64,000 nucleotides of DNA, taken from contig CM120640.1 of NCBI GenBank assembly GCA_051362555.1, positions 1,116,001 to 1,180,000 on the forward strand. Direction: 5' to 3'. This DNA comes from Lingula anatina. Taxonomy: Eukaryota > Animalia > Brachiopoda. The position numbers and the translations under genes are program-made. The notes beneath the pieces were generated by a model. That model saw only the letters and a list, made by a program, of their open reading frames with translations. It ran no database searches and was not told where the DNA came from. Below, one piece after another: positions 1 to 25,047 of this stretch (position 1 is the stretch's first letter; each line of letters opens with the position of its first letter).

Positions 1-935
1 CTGTGTTAACTCCTTGTACAAAGGAAACTTAAATACCAGCTTCTACAAACTAATACAATGTGTCTGTGTACTGTTGCCGAGACATGAATGAGGGAGCGGA
101 GGAGGGAGGAAAATGGTATTTGTCACCAAGACTTTTTTAAACATTAGTAGAAGTGAAACTCCAATTCTTTTGCCAACCTTGCAATAAGGGCAATGAAAAT
201 ACATGTCTGTAGGCACATGTATATGACATGGGAATCTATGCATTGTTGTATGTGTGATATTTATAAAATGCCCCACCCCCATTCAAAATAAGGGGTGTGA
301 AAAAGATCTACCCAGGGGGAACTGCAGCTGCTCCTTTTTGCTTTTTTTTATGGGTAACATCATTAGTTTTTGTCAGTTGCAATAATCAAAAAGTATTGCT
401 TGTATGCTGTGCACAATTGACACAAACTTTTTGGCATGTTTATGTTAATATTGTCGATATATTACCAAAATGAACTAAAGAACGTGAAATTTCAAGATGT
501 AATAATGAAACACGGAGGTTTTTCTGTGAAAATTAATTATTATGAACGGATTCGCATATATATTTATTCTGAAAATGAAATAAAACATTTATATAAAACA
601 CGATAATACCACAATTATTTTGACCTACTAGTACTGCCAGGTGTGGAGACCCTTGTTTATGAAATAATTCATTAGAATGGTATAGGCATTGGTAGGGATA
701 ATTAATGTTTTCACATAAAATTCGAAATTAAAGTCTCTGGCATTTTGATTTTTCCCCACAAATATACAACATTGGTCAAAAAGGTTGCCCCACCCTTATT
801 TCCATGTGCTTTTATTTACAAATGATCACCTTACAGCTGTAAATTGTTAGAAATAATGCTTTTTATTACGGATACCGTGTCTAACATGATTACTGGTTTA
901 AAAAATACAAAATAGTGATGAAAATAAACATTTTT

Positions 936-1303
936 TATACCATTTAGTAAAATTTATAAGAGGCACCCCCCTCAAATCGACTGTTTCACTGTGACTTCTA
1001 CAGATGTAAAGAAATGTCTATAAAATTGAAAAGACGCCATCAAATGTTACCAATTTCACACACATTTAGCATTAGGGTGTGCTCGTTAAAAACCACGTGC
1101 CTAACAGCTCGTGCGTCTACCGCGTACTGCAATTATCTCCTGTAGACGGCGCGACAAGCCTTCAACATGGGTAATAATTCTGTTATGTGGGATATTGTCC
1201 CATTCATCCTAAAGAGCGTGGCGGAATTGGTCAAGATTATTTAGGAATTGGTTCTACTCTGCAATGCACATTCCAATTTATGCCACAGGTGCTCAGTAGG
1301 ATT
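936..1303 (-). mobile_element. Decayed Tc1/mariner DNA transposon fragment (transposase C-terminus plus probable terminal region)
   Basis: Minus-strand translation of 1303-1101 gives NPTEHLWHKLECALQSR, a frameshift, then NLDQFRHAL*DEWDNIPHNRIITHVEGLSRRLQEIIAVRGRRTSC*. This matches the Tc1 NPIEHLW...EEWDNIP...SMPRRLQAVI...GG.T.Y pattern. It has an internal stop and a frameshift. The left boundary (TA at about 936) is tentative. Confidence 0.75.
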
Positions 1304-3133
1304 AATTTTTGGCAATTCCTTTTTTCATGAAGTGATAATAAACGATTATAAATTGGCTTTTTATTTCTGAATTAAAGAAATACTTGTATTCTCTTTATCT
1401 GAAAAAGTTATAGTGAAAAAAAAACGCACAAATTAATATGTTATTCAGAATGTTCGTATGATTATTTAACGGCCGTCTTCGGTTTTTATCAAATCCAACA
1501 ACCATCAAGAAATTTGGTGTTACCATTTCCCATCATTATACAAGGTGACATTTTTTATCTTACGACTTTCACGTGAGTAAGAGGTGACACTGTCCAGGCT
1601 TATGGCCGGAGCGTGGTAAGAGTTGGGGGCAGTCAATGGGTCATCGCAGAGTCCACAGCAGACTGGTCCAGTCAAGGCCAAGGTCAAGAGGTCATGTTTG
1701 ACCGATACTGTTGTCACCGGGCACACCTTGCCTGCAGAACAAGGTCATTTTAACTCGTTGTCAGTAAGCCCCTTCATACTCTGTCAGACGGCGAGATAAC
1801 GCGTCTAGATTTAACTGATTAGGTTAAGATAATTTACCCCCTTTACCGTGAGTCCACGGCAATGATGCGTGACCATTAGAGTCTAATACACTGCGGGTGT
1901 TTCTCAACCAAACCTGCTACAATTACAGTCCTTTGAAAAGCATTTCGCCAAAAAGTATATCTACTAATGTGTTGTTTAATTTCATCTAGGCACAGGCACC
2001 TGATATACACGGTGCATTGTTGACCATATTAAAAGCACTGAATCATGTATAGCTACAGATTTTCAACTAGAAAAGAAATGTGTCCGTTATGCCAAAAGGT
2101 TCGCACTAGCTCTGTTTTTTCCTCCAGCATAAATCACAGGAGTTGACATGACTTTCTTTTTATGTTTAACAGTATATTAATGAATACAAACAAAGGGGAT
2201 ACTAATAAAAGATGACATCAAAGAAGAGTAATAGGATACATTATATTAGTTTCACAGTAAGCACAAACCTCTGCCTTCAGTTCTCATGGACCGCCTGTCC
2301 TCTCGGTGCTCTATCAGGGGACTATCATAAGGCGATAGCAAATGACTCGCCACTCCCAAATGATTGAATCAGTGAACTGTGCCTGATTATGGAGCCCAAC
2401 TATTCAAGTTTCAACATATTCATATAATACAGCTGAAAAAAGATTAATGAAAAGGGACAATTTTCTCCATTTTATTTCATTTTAGCTAGACTATTGACGG
2501 CATGTTTTCCATATAAAGTACATATTTTTTTCATTACAAGTTACCTTACCGGTACAGGTTGAATAATGCCCCGATAGAGTGTGATGATCACGGAACATCA
2601 GTTAAAGCTGTACTTTTTTCTTTCTTTCTTTCTTTTCTTTCTTTCTTTTCTTTTCTTTTATTTTTAATAATTTACAATCGTTTCTATCTTTTCTAAATAA
2701 CCTTTGGCATAGTCCCGAGCAGACAATGAGTGGTGTGAGATACGTGGAGATATAGAGCGAGCAGTCTATCTACTGGAGTTGTTTCTCACATTAATACTCT
2801 CTCTTACTTATCTTCTACCCACGGTCTCGTACAGTGTGGTTCGAAGCAACGTGAACTCCGCAGTTCATGCTTATAATATGGAGTAAAAGGACAGCAATTT
2901 CTTAACAATTCATAGTATGGTTTTGCCAAAGATGTATAACACGTGGTAGTTTCCCTTCTTTGCTGGATGATATTCAGGCAGTACTGCTTAAAATAAACCA
3001 AAGAGTGGTCAACTTCAATTTTAACGACTGATCACAAAGATCGTGCATTTTGATACGCCCTGTAAGTTCGTTTTGTCCGTGATGAACTGGTATGTGTGAT
3101 CTCTGTTGAGGTAAAGCTACAAGTTGTTGCACC

Positions 3134-6100
3134 ATGCCGCGCCTTACCCTTCTTTATGTGGTCATATTAATGACATATTTTTACATAAATGAAGGTAAGT
3201 ATTACATAAATATATATTTTTTGTGTATTAATTATTTTCGAAGTATTAAAAATTACACGTAGTAATCCACTTTTAAAGGGAATAAAAGGGGAAATATATT
3301 CTAGTCTCTATTGAAAACCGTTATAATCCGTTTAGAATGATCACTTGACACCCATCCTTTTAACAAAATGTCTGTTCCTCTGAACTTGGTTAAAAAACCT
3401 TAAAGGAAGTATACAGTTATAATCATTTTATTATTCCAGCAGCATCCGACTGTCCTCACGGTGGAAAAAAAGTGAAAAATAAGTGCGTCAGAGAATTCAG
3501 CGAAGTAACAGATTGGAAGGATGCCATGAAAAAATGCGAAAGTGAAAATGCGACGCTGCTGACGGTGGGTGACCTGGGGTTTCTACAAGATCTGAATGAC
3601 ACCCTCCGTCTCAACCATAAAGGATACTGGGTGGGGGCTAGGAAATTAAAGAGCTGGTTTTGGTTCAATGGTAAGAAGTAACATCGATGAGTTAATTTTG
3701 CAAAATCAGATAGTAATACAAATTGTTTGATATCCATGTGAGATGTTAATTTTTCAACGGACATATCACATCCGAATGGCATGGGAATATCCTTGCCTTA
3801 CTATTTTTTTAATCTAATTTTAAATGAAATTGCTATATAATCTTGAATTTCTAGGATGTATTTCAAGGATTGTAGCCAATGCCAAGTCATGATAACAATA
3901 AAAATTTGTTCATCTAGATAAACAAAATGAAATAGGAGATATTGAGCATCTTTAACTAAATTTCAGTTGAAGGACATAAAAAAATAAACTTTCAAGGCAG
4001 GAATGCCTTTAGTATTGACCTGTGTTTTATGATAAAATGTGGTGAATACTGTGAAAGATGTTGGCGAATCTTAAAATGTCTGACCTCCTTCTCCACTGAG
4101 AAAGGTAGAAATTAGAAATGTAATTGTCATATTTTTTTCAGCCACCAAACCAATCACGTGGTTTAAGTGGGGACCCGATGAGCCGAATGACATTGGTGGG
4201 GGTGAAAACACACTTAATATGATGCACAAGTTTAACTACAGCTGGAACGATGAGAAGGGGACAACCGTGAAAACCGACCATGAAGACAGGGAGCCTGCTG
4301 CGGCGGTCTGCCAGTTTGGTAAGGACACCGGTACTTTATCGGGTGACTTGAAAATATAGGAGTCTGAAAAAGTGACAGGGAGTGAAAGTGTGTGTCTAAC
4401 CATGTAATATGTTTAGCGTTTGTAGACAAAATAAAGAAGTAAGATTTATTTTTTTACTTTTGTCCCGTTTATACAACTCTAACGAGAACATTATTTTCTT
4501 CATTTTTTTCTAATGAAAATAACTTTTATTACGTTTTAGAAGGTCCCTGCAGCAGCCAGTTAAAATACAAAAACACCACCTACCCAAGAACAACATTCCA
4601 AAACAAGACCTGCTTCCTGTTGATAAAAGGCAACAATAACTGGAACACATCTCAGAAAATGTGCCAGAACACATTTGGTCACCCTGGGAATCTAGCTAGA
4701 ATTGATGACTTGGAGACCCACGAATTCCTGGTGAAATTCATTAATGAGTCAGGGTACAAGGCTAATTACTGGCTGGGTGGATGGTGGAATAAGGAAAAAG
4801 AGAGCACATTTCGGTGGCTAAGCGGTGAGATACCCAGCAAACACGTCACGTTCGGATCACGTGGCTAGCACGTTGCTACCACATTATAACGTCATTCAAT
4901 TCATTGGATCTGCTCAGAGATCCAAGTAATATCAACTAGTTAATTTTAAAAAGAAGTTCAAAACCAATTGTTTTAGGAAATTTTGCTATCGATTATCTTA
5001 ATTGTAATTTGTTTTATGTTAAAATTTAACTGTTTTTATCTAGAATCGTAATCTTCCTAATTTTTTTAAAAAATGTTTACATATCTTGGTAATTGTTCTG
5101 CAGTACTTGCTTTTATGAAAATTCTACTGGGCATTTTAGACTTAAAGTTAATTTATTATTTTTTATTATAATATTATCTGGTCTCAGTCCCACCCCCAAA
5201 TAAGTTCTATCACATGTAGCCTATGTACCTTGATCCGGTGAAATCTTTCACAGAAGTGTTTTAGACACATATTTGTCTTAAATTTTAGGCCACAACTTTA
5301 GTCTACTTCAACTCATGATTTTCCCGAGATGGGCGTATAAAAAGAAAAAATTATAAATAATAAAAATTATAAGTTGAACAGGTGCAATATTCAATCATAC
5401 GACTACAACATTTTCTTAATCAAAGTAGATTAAAGTTTTGGTCGAAAGCTTTCGACTATATTTTGTGCAGCCCCCCTCCCCCCCCCCCCTCCTCCCCCCG
5501 AGAAAAATCCTTATCCATCAAGCAAAATGTAGATTGTAGCAACTGGTTATCTGGACCATTTTTCGTTCTGAAATAATCCCGTGTGACCGCAGTTCTGAAG
5601 CTAACAGGACGGAGGTTACATTCTGAACTGGAACACGTATGCTCTACTTGGAGGACTTTGTGCAATAAAAACGTGTCTCTATCCAAAAAATATTACGTAC
5701 ATTATTTTAAATTATATGCATTGTCATTCAGCTTTTATTATGAAACTTTTGATTACAAGGGAAATGCTCTATTATTATTTTGCTTTTTTAGGTGCACATG
5801 TTAGCAAAGAAGTATGGGCGAATAACGAGCCTTCTGGAGACGGCAACTGCGTAGAATTGTATAAAGACTTGGGCTATTACTTGAATGACCAAAAATGTGA
5901 CCCGTCTGATAGAAGGAAGTTTATTTGCGAATATTGTAAGAACAAAAGTAAAAAAATCCTCATAGTTCAGTTAAAATATCAAAAATTGGAATTCTCCTTT
6001 TTCTAGAAATCTTACGTCAAATTTCAGTATGTATCATTTCTATGTTTACCTTCTTCAAAAGGAGCAAACGACTGTGACTTGTTCATTTAAGAACACGAGG

Positions 6101-9100
6101 GCAAACGTGTAATGAGGCATTGTTTTCTGTGTATTTATATAGCTTTACCGTGCCCACAGCCCGCGTTAGAACACAGCATTAAAGTATCCGAGTCAACGAC
6201 AGACTTAAGAAGAGCGCACTTTGTGTGTACGTCCGGGTACAGGTTTAATTTCAGCACCACATTCACCATAGAATGTCTACCAGACGGCAAGTGGAACAGC
6301 TCAGTGGGATGTCAGAGTAAGTGACGTATAATACGTACAGAGAGCACGTGAAAAGAACGATTTTAAACTCAGCCAGAGAGAATTTCAGTCTTTTTAATAA
6401 CTGTTAGATAATATCGTTGAGAAATACTATAGAAACATGTTGAGTATTTTATAAGTATGTCATTTTCTCATCAACTGAATTTGTACATTTGTGGGCCCAT
6501 ACCTCAATAAAATACTATAATACTACAACGACCATCACTGCTGCTGCTACTATTACTACTACTACTACGATGTACACCGAGGGAAGAATGGAAAGTGTAT
6601 TATTTTCAAATATATTACAATGCGCAGAAACGTAAATACATGTACATATCTCTTTTTATTAATTCCGTTGCCGCCTTTTCTCAGATATTGAATCAACGAG
6701 TGCTTTTACCATTGTGTCTATTCAATTCCACAATAACCGGACAATTCATTTATTGGGTTGACTACATTTTTCCATTGACCATCAAGATAATCTGTAAATT
6801 CCCTTTGCAATATCTTCACCAACAAACTTCTTGTCTTTGCTAAAATCATCACACTAAATGAAAACAAAATAAATAGCCGTCGCCTTATCAAACTCTTCTT
6901 AAGGAATATAAAAAGTAATTGTTAATCTACTGACTAAAATATATTGCTTTGTATTAAAGCAATAAACCATTGATGAATCAAAATAATAAATCAGTTATTT
7001 TTGTCTTTTATCCGAAAACACATGCGGCATTGCAACAGTTTCTTTAATATCTGATTATGAATCAATTTCCTTCAAATGGAGATTTTTATTCATTTTCAGA
7101 CATCGATGAATGCAGAGAAAGCTCTAACACGTGTAGTCCTCATGCAACATGCACCGACACGAACGGCAGCTATACCTGCTCTTGTTATTCTGGCTACACC
7201 GGTGACGGCTACAGTTGTGCTGATATTGATGAATGCAAAACAACCAACAACTGCAGTTCCTCAGCTAGCTGTACCAATACCAATAGTAGCTATACCTGCT
7301 CATGTAATTCTGGCTACACTGGCGATGGCTACAACTGTAATGATATTGATGAATGCCAAACAATCAACAACTGCAGCTCCTTGGCTATCTGTACCAATAC
7401 CAATGGTAGCTATACCTGCTCATGTAATTCTAGGTACACCGGTGACGGCTACAGTTGTGCTGATATTGATGAATGCAAAACAACCAATAACTGCAGTTCC
7501 TCAGCTAGCTGTACCAATACCAATGGTAGCTATACCTGCTCATGTAATTCTGGCTACACTGGAGATGGCTATAACTGTAATGATATTGATGAATGCCAAA
7601 CAATCAACAACTGCAGCTCCTCAGCTAGCTGTACCAATACCAATGGTGACTATACTTGCACTTGCAATTCTGGCTACAGTGGTGACGGCTACAAATGTAA
7701 TGATATTGATGAATGCAAAACAACCAATAACTGCAGCACTTTGGCTAGCTGTACCAATACCAATAGTAGCTATACCTGCTCATGTAATTCTGGCTACACT
7801 GGTGATGGCTACAACTGTAATGATATTGAAGAATGCCAAACAACCAATAACTGCAGCACTTTGGCTAGCTGTACCAATACCAATGGTGGCTATACCTGCT
7901 CTTGTAATTCTGGCTACACCGGTGATGGCTACAACTGTAATGATATTGATGAATGCCAAACAATCAACAACTGCAGCTCCTTGGCTATCTGTACCAATAC
8001 CAATGGTAGCTATACCTGCTCATGTAATTCTAGGTACACCGGTGACGGCTACAGTTGTGCTGATATTGATGAATGCAAAACAACCAACAACTGCAGTTCC
8101 TCAGCTAGCTGTACCAATACCAATGGTAGCTATACCTGCTCATGTAATTCTGGCTACACTGGAGATGGATACAACTGTAATGATATTGATGAGTGCCAAA
8201 CAATCAACAACTGCAGCTCCTCAGCTAGTTGTACCAATACCAATGGTGACTATACTTGCACTTGCAATTCTGGCTACAGTGGTGACGGCTACAAATGTCA
8301 TGATATTGATGAATGCAAAACAACCAATAACTGCAGCACTTTGGCTAGCTGTACCAATACCAATGGTAGCTATACCTGCTCATGTAATTCTGGCTACACT
8401 GGCGATGGCTACAACTGTAATGATATTGAAGAATGCCAAATAACCAATAACTGCAGCACTTTGGCTAGCTGTACCAATACCAATGGTGGCTATACCTGCT
8501 CTTGTAATTCTGGCTACATAGGTGATGGCTACAACTGTAATGATATTGATGAATGCAAAACAACCAACAAATGCAGTTTCTTAGCTAGTTGTACCAATAC
8601 CAATGGTGGCTATACCTGCTCATGTAATTCTGGCTTCACCGGTGATGGCTACAACTGTTATGATATTGATGAATGCAAAACAGCCAACAGCTGCAGTTCC
8701 TCAGCTAACTGTACCAATACCAATGGTGGCTATACCTGCCCTTGTAATTCTGGCTACAGCGGTGATGGCTACAACTGTAGTGAAATTGATGAATGCCAAA
8801 CAACCAACAACTGCAGTTTCTTAGCTACCTGTACCAATATCAATGGTGACTATACTTGCACTTGCAATTCTGGCTACAGTGGTGACGGCTACAAATGTAA
8901 TGATATTGATGAATGCAAAACAACCAATAACTGCAGCCCTTTTGCTACCTGTACCAATACCGATGGTGGCTATACCTGCTCTTGTTATTCTGGCTACACC
9001 GGTGATGGCTACAACTGTGATGATATTGATGAATGCAAAACAACCAACAACTGCAGCTCCTTGGCTAGCTGTACCAATACCAATAGTAGCTATACCTGCT

Positions 9101-12028
9101 CATGTAATTCTGGCTACACTGGTGATGGCTTCAACTGTAGTGATATTGATGAATGCCAAACAACCAATAACTGCAGCACTTTGGCTAGCTGTACCAATAC
9201 CAATGGTAGCTATACCTGCTCATGTAATTCTGGCTACACTGGTGATGGCTTCAACTGTAGTGATATTGATGAATGCCAAACAACCAATAACTGCAGCACT
9301 TTGGCTAGCTGTACCAATAGCAATGGTGGCTATATCTGCACTTGCAATTCTGGCTATGCCGGTGATGGCTACAACTGTAATGATATTGATGAATGCCAAA
9401 CAACCAACAACTGCAGTCCCTCAGCTAGCTGTTCCAATACAAATGGTGGCTATATCTGCACTTGCAATTCTGGCTATGCCGGTGATGGCTACAACTGTAA
9501 TGATATTGATGAATGCCAAACAACCAACAACTGCAGCTCCTCAGCTAGCTGTACCAATATAGAAGGTGGCTATACCTGCACTTGCAATTCTGGCTATGCC
9601 GGTGATGGCTACAACTGTAATGATATTGATGAATGCCAAACAAACAACAACTGCAGTCCCTCGGCTAGCTGTACCAATACCAATGGAGGCTACACCTGCT
9701 CTTGTTATTCTGGCTACACTGGTGACGGCTATAACTGTAGTGATATTGATGAATGCAAAGCAACCACTAGCTGTAGCCCTTTGGCTAGCTGTAACAACAC
9801 CGATGGTGGCTACAATTGCCTCTGCAAAGACGGTTTTACTGGAGATGGATATCATTGTAATGGTAAGTTCGCACAAATTCTAACTTCTAACAGCATAGTG
9901 TGTATTTATGTTTCATATGGAAATATACGTATCAAAACTCCCTTTATTCTCCTTTTCCTTTTTTTGCATGAATAACGGGAGTTGGAGTTCCGAACCTCCA
10001 ACATGCACTGGTAAATGTGCTAAGAATTAAAAGCTATCATAAACATGAGACATACATGTATATGCTGGTACATCTGTATCATTATGCATCGGTTAATTCC
10101 GCGATAGTCTGCATGTAAAACCAAGTTAGACTTTCCATCTTCCCTATTTTAAAAGCAGCTGATCAATATACTGCATAGTGTGTACCATTGATTAAGGAAT
10201 CATGAAGATGGAGTTGTAACATAACTGAGGCATTTAATGTTACTTGGCACTAAAAAAACAATCATTTAAAAGATCACCGACAAAATTTCTGAATGTTGCC
10301 ATTGTTAGAAAATGATATTTTAATTTTTTTATCTTTTCATTAAACAGAGGTAATCATAGGAAAAGAAGCTGCGCAAACTGAAAGTTCGTTTGGTAAGTTT
10401 AATAAGTTAAATGTTCACTATTGGCATACTAGTACACTCATTTGTATCCAAAAGCTTATACATGTTTACCTGAATAGTATCAGCTGTGAAAATTACAATT
10501 ACTATTTGGTATATCTACTCTTTTGATGTTCCCTGAATAAGAGAGAGAGCTAGGTGCATCTTAAAAATGCCAGCCATTTATTTCACAACCTTCTAGCTTT
10601 TTGCATTGCCGTGGTTATAGGAATAACTCAAGCTTTTTGTGTTTAATTGTATAGTTGTTCTTAGGGTAACAAAAAACATTGGTATGGAGAGAACGTAATT
10701 CATGTAGATATAAAGTATGCTATAATGATAAATTCAGTTGGTTAAAATTGAAATAATAAATATAAATCTTTGCCATAGATATCCTGTGGATTATAATCAT
10801 CGTGATAATATCCTTGGCGCTGGGTACCATGACCTGTGTGGTGGTCTGCTGGGCATACCAAAGAAAAAGGTAAGATACTTAGGGGCAGACCCAGAGATAT
10901 TTTCTGACAGTCTTCCAAATTATCTTCGCTGACCCATCCTCCTTTTCTGACCGTCTTCCGACAAAAGAAATTAGATACCCGTCAATGTGAAGTTGAAAAT
11001 CTGACCGTTTTCTGGAAGACCCAGAAGACGGCCTCAACCCGCCCCTGATACTGGTATATACTGGCCTTAGTTATGGAATGAATGCTTGTTTTTTAAATAG
11101 CTTTGATGAACAGTCATTTCACTCGATAACGATGTTGTTAGTGTAGGAGAAAAGATATATTTGAAAGTTAATTATCTAACTAGCTTTATTAAACTAAAGT
11201 CACGGTGATAATTTTAATTAAGTAGTTATAGTCAGCATTTGTAACTGTGGACGATTTTAAAAGTCAAATGCTTATTTTTAAATGCTCCGAGTAACAATGA
11301 TAATCAGTTTTTGTAACTGCAGAAAAAGAAGCGACCAAAGAAGCAACTTGGATTTCAACAGCCGAAGTGCAAAATCTGTGACAAGGAGCAGCCCTATCGG
11401 TAGATACCCTGCAACAAGGCAGGGCAGTATCGACAGCGCGTTCTCGTCCCAGGCTAGTTTCGGCAGTAACCGGTGCAGCAGTGTGGTGGAAGACACCAGG
11501 ATGCTAGTACAGATGAAAACATTCACATCAGAGAAAGCTGAGGTAGAAGCAGCACCCTGCAAGACAAGACGAGAACAGGATCAATGTGAATCCGGTACAA
11601 ATCCTGGTTACATGAAACTCCTTGATATACCTGATGATGATGGTGAATATGTGCCCTTGGATCCATCCCCAGACTACGACACCCTGTCCAATGACCTTCC
11701 AGGAGCTGGAAATCTGATCATCCAGGACCCTGAACCCGATTATGAAACTGAAAGTGACACTGTCCCGGATCCTACCCCTGGTGAAAGTCAGCCTGGCGTC
11801 AGTTGCGTCCCAAATGACCCGTCCTTCAGCACCGTCCACAGGGGTCAAAGATGGAAAAGTCCGTTTGCTGGTTATCAGAGTAAGATTCCTGCTATGTATG
11901 GGAGACCCATTAGCATTGTTTGGCCGCAGAAATCTTCATCCATGGAGAATGACCATCCCAAAGAAGCAAAAATGGATTCACGAGGGCAATCATATGATGT
12001 CACGGCTGGAGACATCTGGGACTGCTGA
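3134..12028 (+). CDS. Type I transmembrane protein: signal peptide, 2 C-type lectin domains, sushi/CCP, 23 calcium-binding EGF repeats, TM helix, ~235-aa cytoplasmic tail
   Basis: Phase-consistent GT-AG exons: 3134-3194 (MPRLTLLYVVILMTYFYINE), 3440-3670 and 4142-4318 (CTLD1 with YWVG, EPN, WND), 4540-4824 and 5792-5935 (CTLD2 with YWLG, EPS, LND), 6143-6316 (sushi), 7100-9862 (EGF_CA x23), 10348-10392, 10779-10869 (TM ILWIIIIVIISLALGTMTCVVVCWAY then QRKR), 11323-12028 (tail, TGA). ACC-ATG start context. Confidence 0.88.
7100..9862 (+). repeat. Coding tandem repeat: 23 x ~120-bp cbEGF units in one exon, with a 600-bp higher-order duplication
   Basis: 2763 nt = 123 + 22x120. Units read DIDEC...C...A.C.NT.G.YTC.C..GY.GDG..C. 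Diagnostic variants recur at +600 bp (7381 vs 7981, 7621 vs 8221, 7681 vs 8281). Confidence 0.97.
10880..11047 (+). mobile_element. MITE family A copy 1 (CAGGGGCGGAT-type TIR, 5-bp TSD ATACT)
   Basis: TAGGGGCAGAC...CCGCCCCTG flanked by atact at 10875-10879 and 11048-11052. Homologous to 26233-26396 and 27324-27491. Starts about 10 nt downstream of the exon 9 donor. Confidence 0.85.
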
Positions 12029-12956
12029 TGATGCATAGTTAAACATATTCACCCTGATGTGCGTTTATTCAGTTTTAAAATTGACAATGCATTCAAAAGG
12101 TTATAAAGAAGGTTAAGAGAGCTCTTTATCTATGGGTGACTTTCATAGACCGTCACTTATCAAGGACCGATGACATTGGCTAACACGTTTTAAAGAATTA
12201 TACCTTAACCAAACTGAATTAATTACTGTAAAATTAACTGATATTAATGTTGAAAACGCCATGCGCATGCCCAACAACAGTCAAGCTTACGAGTGATTTG
12301 AAATGTTTTCTATGGTAAAACCAACATGGTGAAGAGTGATATGATTTTTTTGTTTGTCTGGCTTTTTGTACTCCACTTTTTATCCTATCCTGTCGTTTAG
12401 AAAGAACTTCTTCCAAAGCAAGTTTTCCTGTTATTATACGTGCTGTGACAAAGTCATGATCTGGACCGACTGCCTGCACCGCTTTATGCAGTTTCATAAG
12501 TTTAATTGTTAAACCAATCTGTGCTCTATTGACAACAAAACAATCCCTCCAAGCTCCCTCAGTACTTTTCTTACCTCTGGCATATGGCATGCGACATACC
12601 ATTTTTTTCCAAACCAAACAATACTCTCACAAATGCATGTTGCACAAGAAGCTAGTCGAACTACAAAGACTACAATGCTTTCCTAATATCACAATGTCAA
12701 TTAACCCTCCAAGTTATTAATTTTCATGGTTTGTGAAATTTGGATGTGTTTGGAAGCTTTTTTTGTAATTAGTGATTATAAAATTAAATGTTCTGATGAT
12801 TTTACAATGTTAGACTTATCATTCTAGCATGTTACTTTTTGAATTTCTAGATTCAACCAACTTATTGCAAAAATGATTTTAAAATGATGTACCAGGCATC
12901 ATTTTATTTTAGAAATTTACATTGCCTGTATACATACAGTGTATTTTTGGTTACTT

Positions 12957-12988
<32 letters not shown>

Positions 12989-13818
12989 GTTATCTTGGTT
13001 TTCATAATATTTTATTTAACATTTCCACTGAGAAACCATACACTTCAAGCCACATAATTCTTCCTGTTGGACAGAAACTTTATGTTTTTATCACAATTAT
13101 GGCAGTGAAATTGCAGCTTAGATCTGCCGTCTACTGTGCATAAATAACAGTTCACTTCCAAAGCATAAATTATATTTTAGATACATGATGCGTTTCACAG
13201 CATATTCATATTCAGCTAAGCATAATGTACAATAGTTAGAATCTCAGATTCAATTCAGGTAAAAACATCCTAAAAATACATTTGCCATCTTTTTGTCTGG
13301 TTCCAACACTTCGATGTATCAACAACAATAATTGTACCTTTGTTCAGCTATATACTACTACTACTACTACTTCAGTTAAACTACTACTATTTCTAATGAG
13401 ATTTTAACATCCCCTGTGCACAATCATGGTCTTTATGTTAGGAGATCTGTAGTTAAAGGTAAAGTTTTTTATGAGCTCATAAACACAAATTCCTTCCTGC
13501 AATTTACTTTCTGTTCAGGCAAATCTTTTTGTTGCATATTTTACAGGCCACTTTAATTCTGGCTGCAATAAAGGTAAAGTAAATGCATATAAAACTACAA
13601 TGGCTAAGCCACACAACTTTCTTTAATGAACTAGATTTAATTTATAGAAACATCTTTTTAATCAGCTGCTAGGAATGCATGGGAGGGGGTGAAAATTTAT
13701 TTTCATGTAAAGTTCTTTTTTTTTTCAATTTTTACAAGTAAATTGGCAGGCCTGTAAAACAGACAATAAAAAGCGAGGTCTTCCTGGGTCCTCTTGGTTC
13801 CATTTTGTTCCGTCTGAT

Positions 13819-24774
<10,956 letters not shown>

Positions 24775-25047
24775 GTGGAGCTATTGAGGTCAATTTCATC
24801 TAAAGTTAGGAACGGGCGAAGGGGAATAAAAAAAGTGGAACGAAATGCAGGGCAACAAACGTGAAGGCACAGTTCAAAAGAACCATCAGTATCATTTAAA
24901 CAAACTGAATATTTTGTAACAAATATTCTTACCAATAAATACTGGAACCTAATCTTAATGTAGCTCACACTGGTTAAAAGTCCAATATTACGGGCCTATG
25001 TCTTAACAGAGTTTTAAATGAAACAAATATATTACTTTGATATCTCA

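Noticed and set aside
1520-1733. Minus-strand 68-aa ORF with exon-like AG/GT boundaries
   Set aside because: No recognisable domain, and the neighbouring exon candidates I tried introduce stops. A lncRNA cannot be excluded.
7076-9883. Long hydrophobic alternative-frame ORFs (455 aa, 239 aa and others) over the EGF exon
   Set aside because: Shadow frames of the repetitive EGF codons, broken by sporadic stops, with no independent splice or start support.
12234-12617. 127-aa minus-strand ORF
   Set aside because: Lies antisense in the receptor's probable 3' UTR, with no recognisable homology or exon context.
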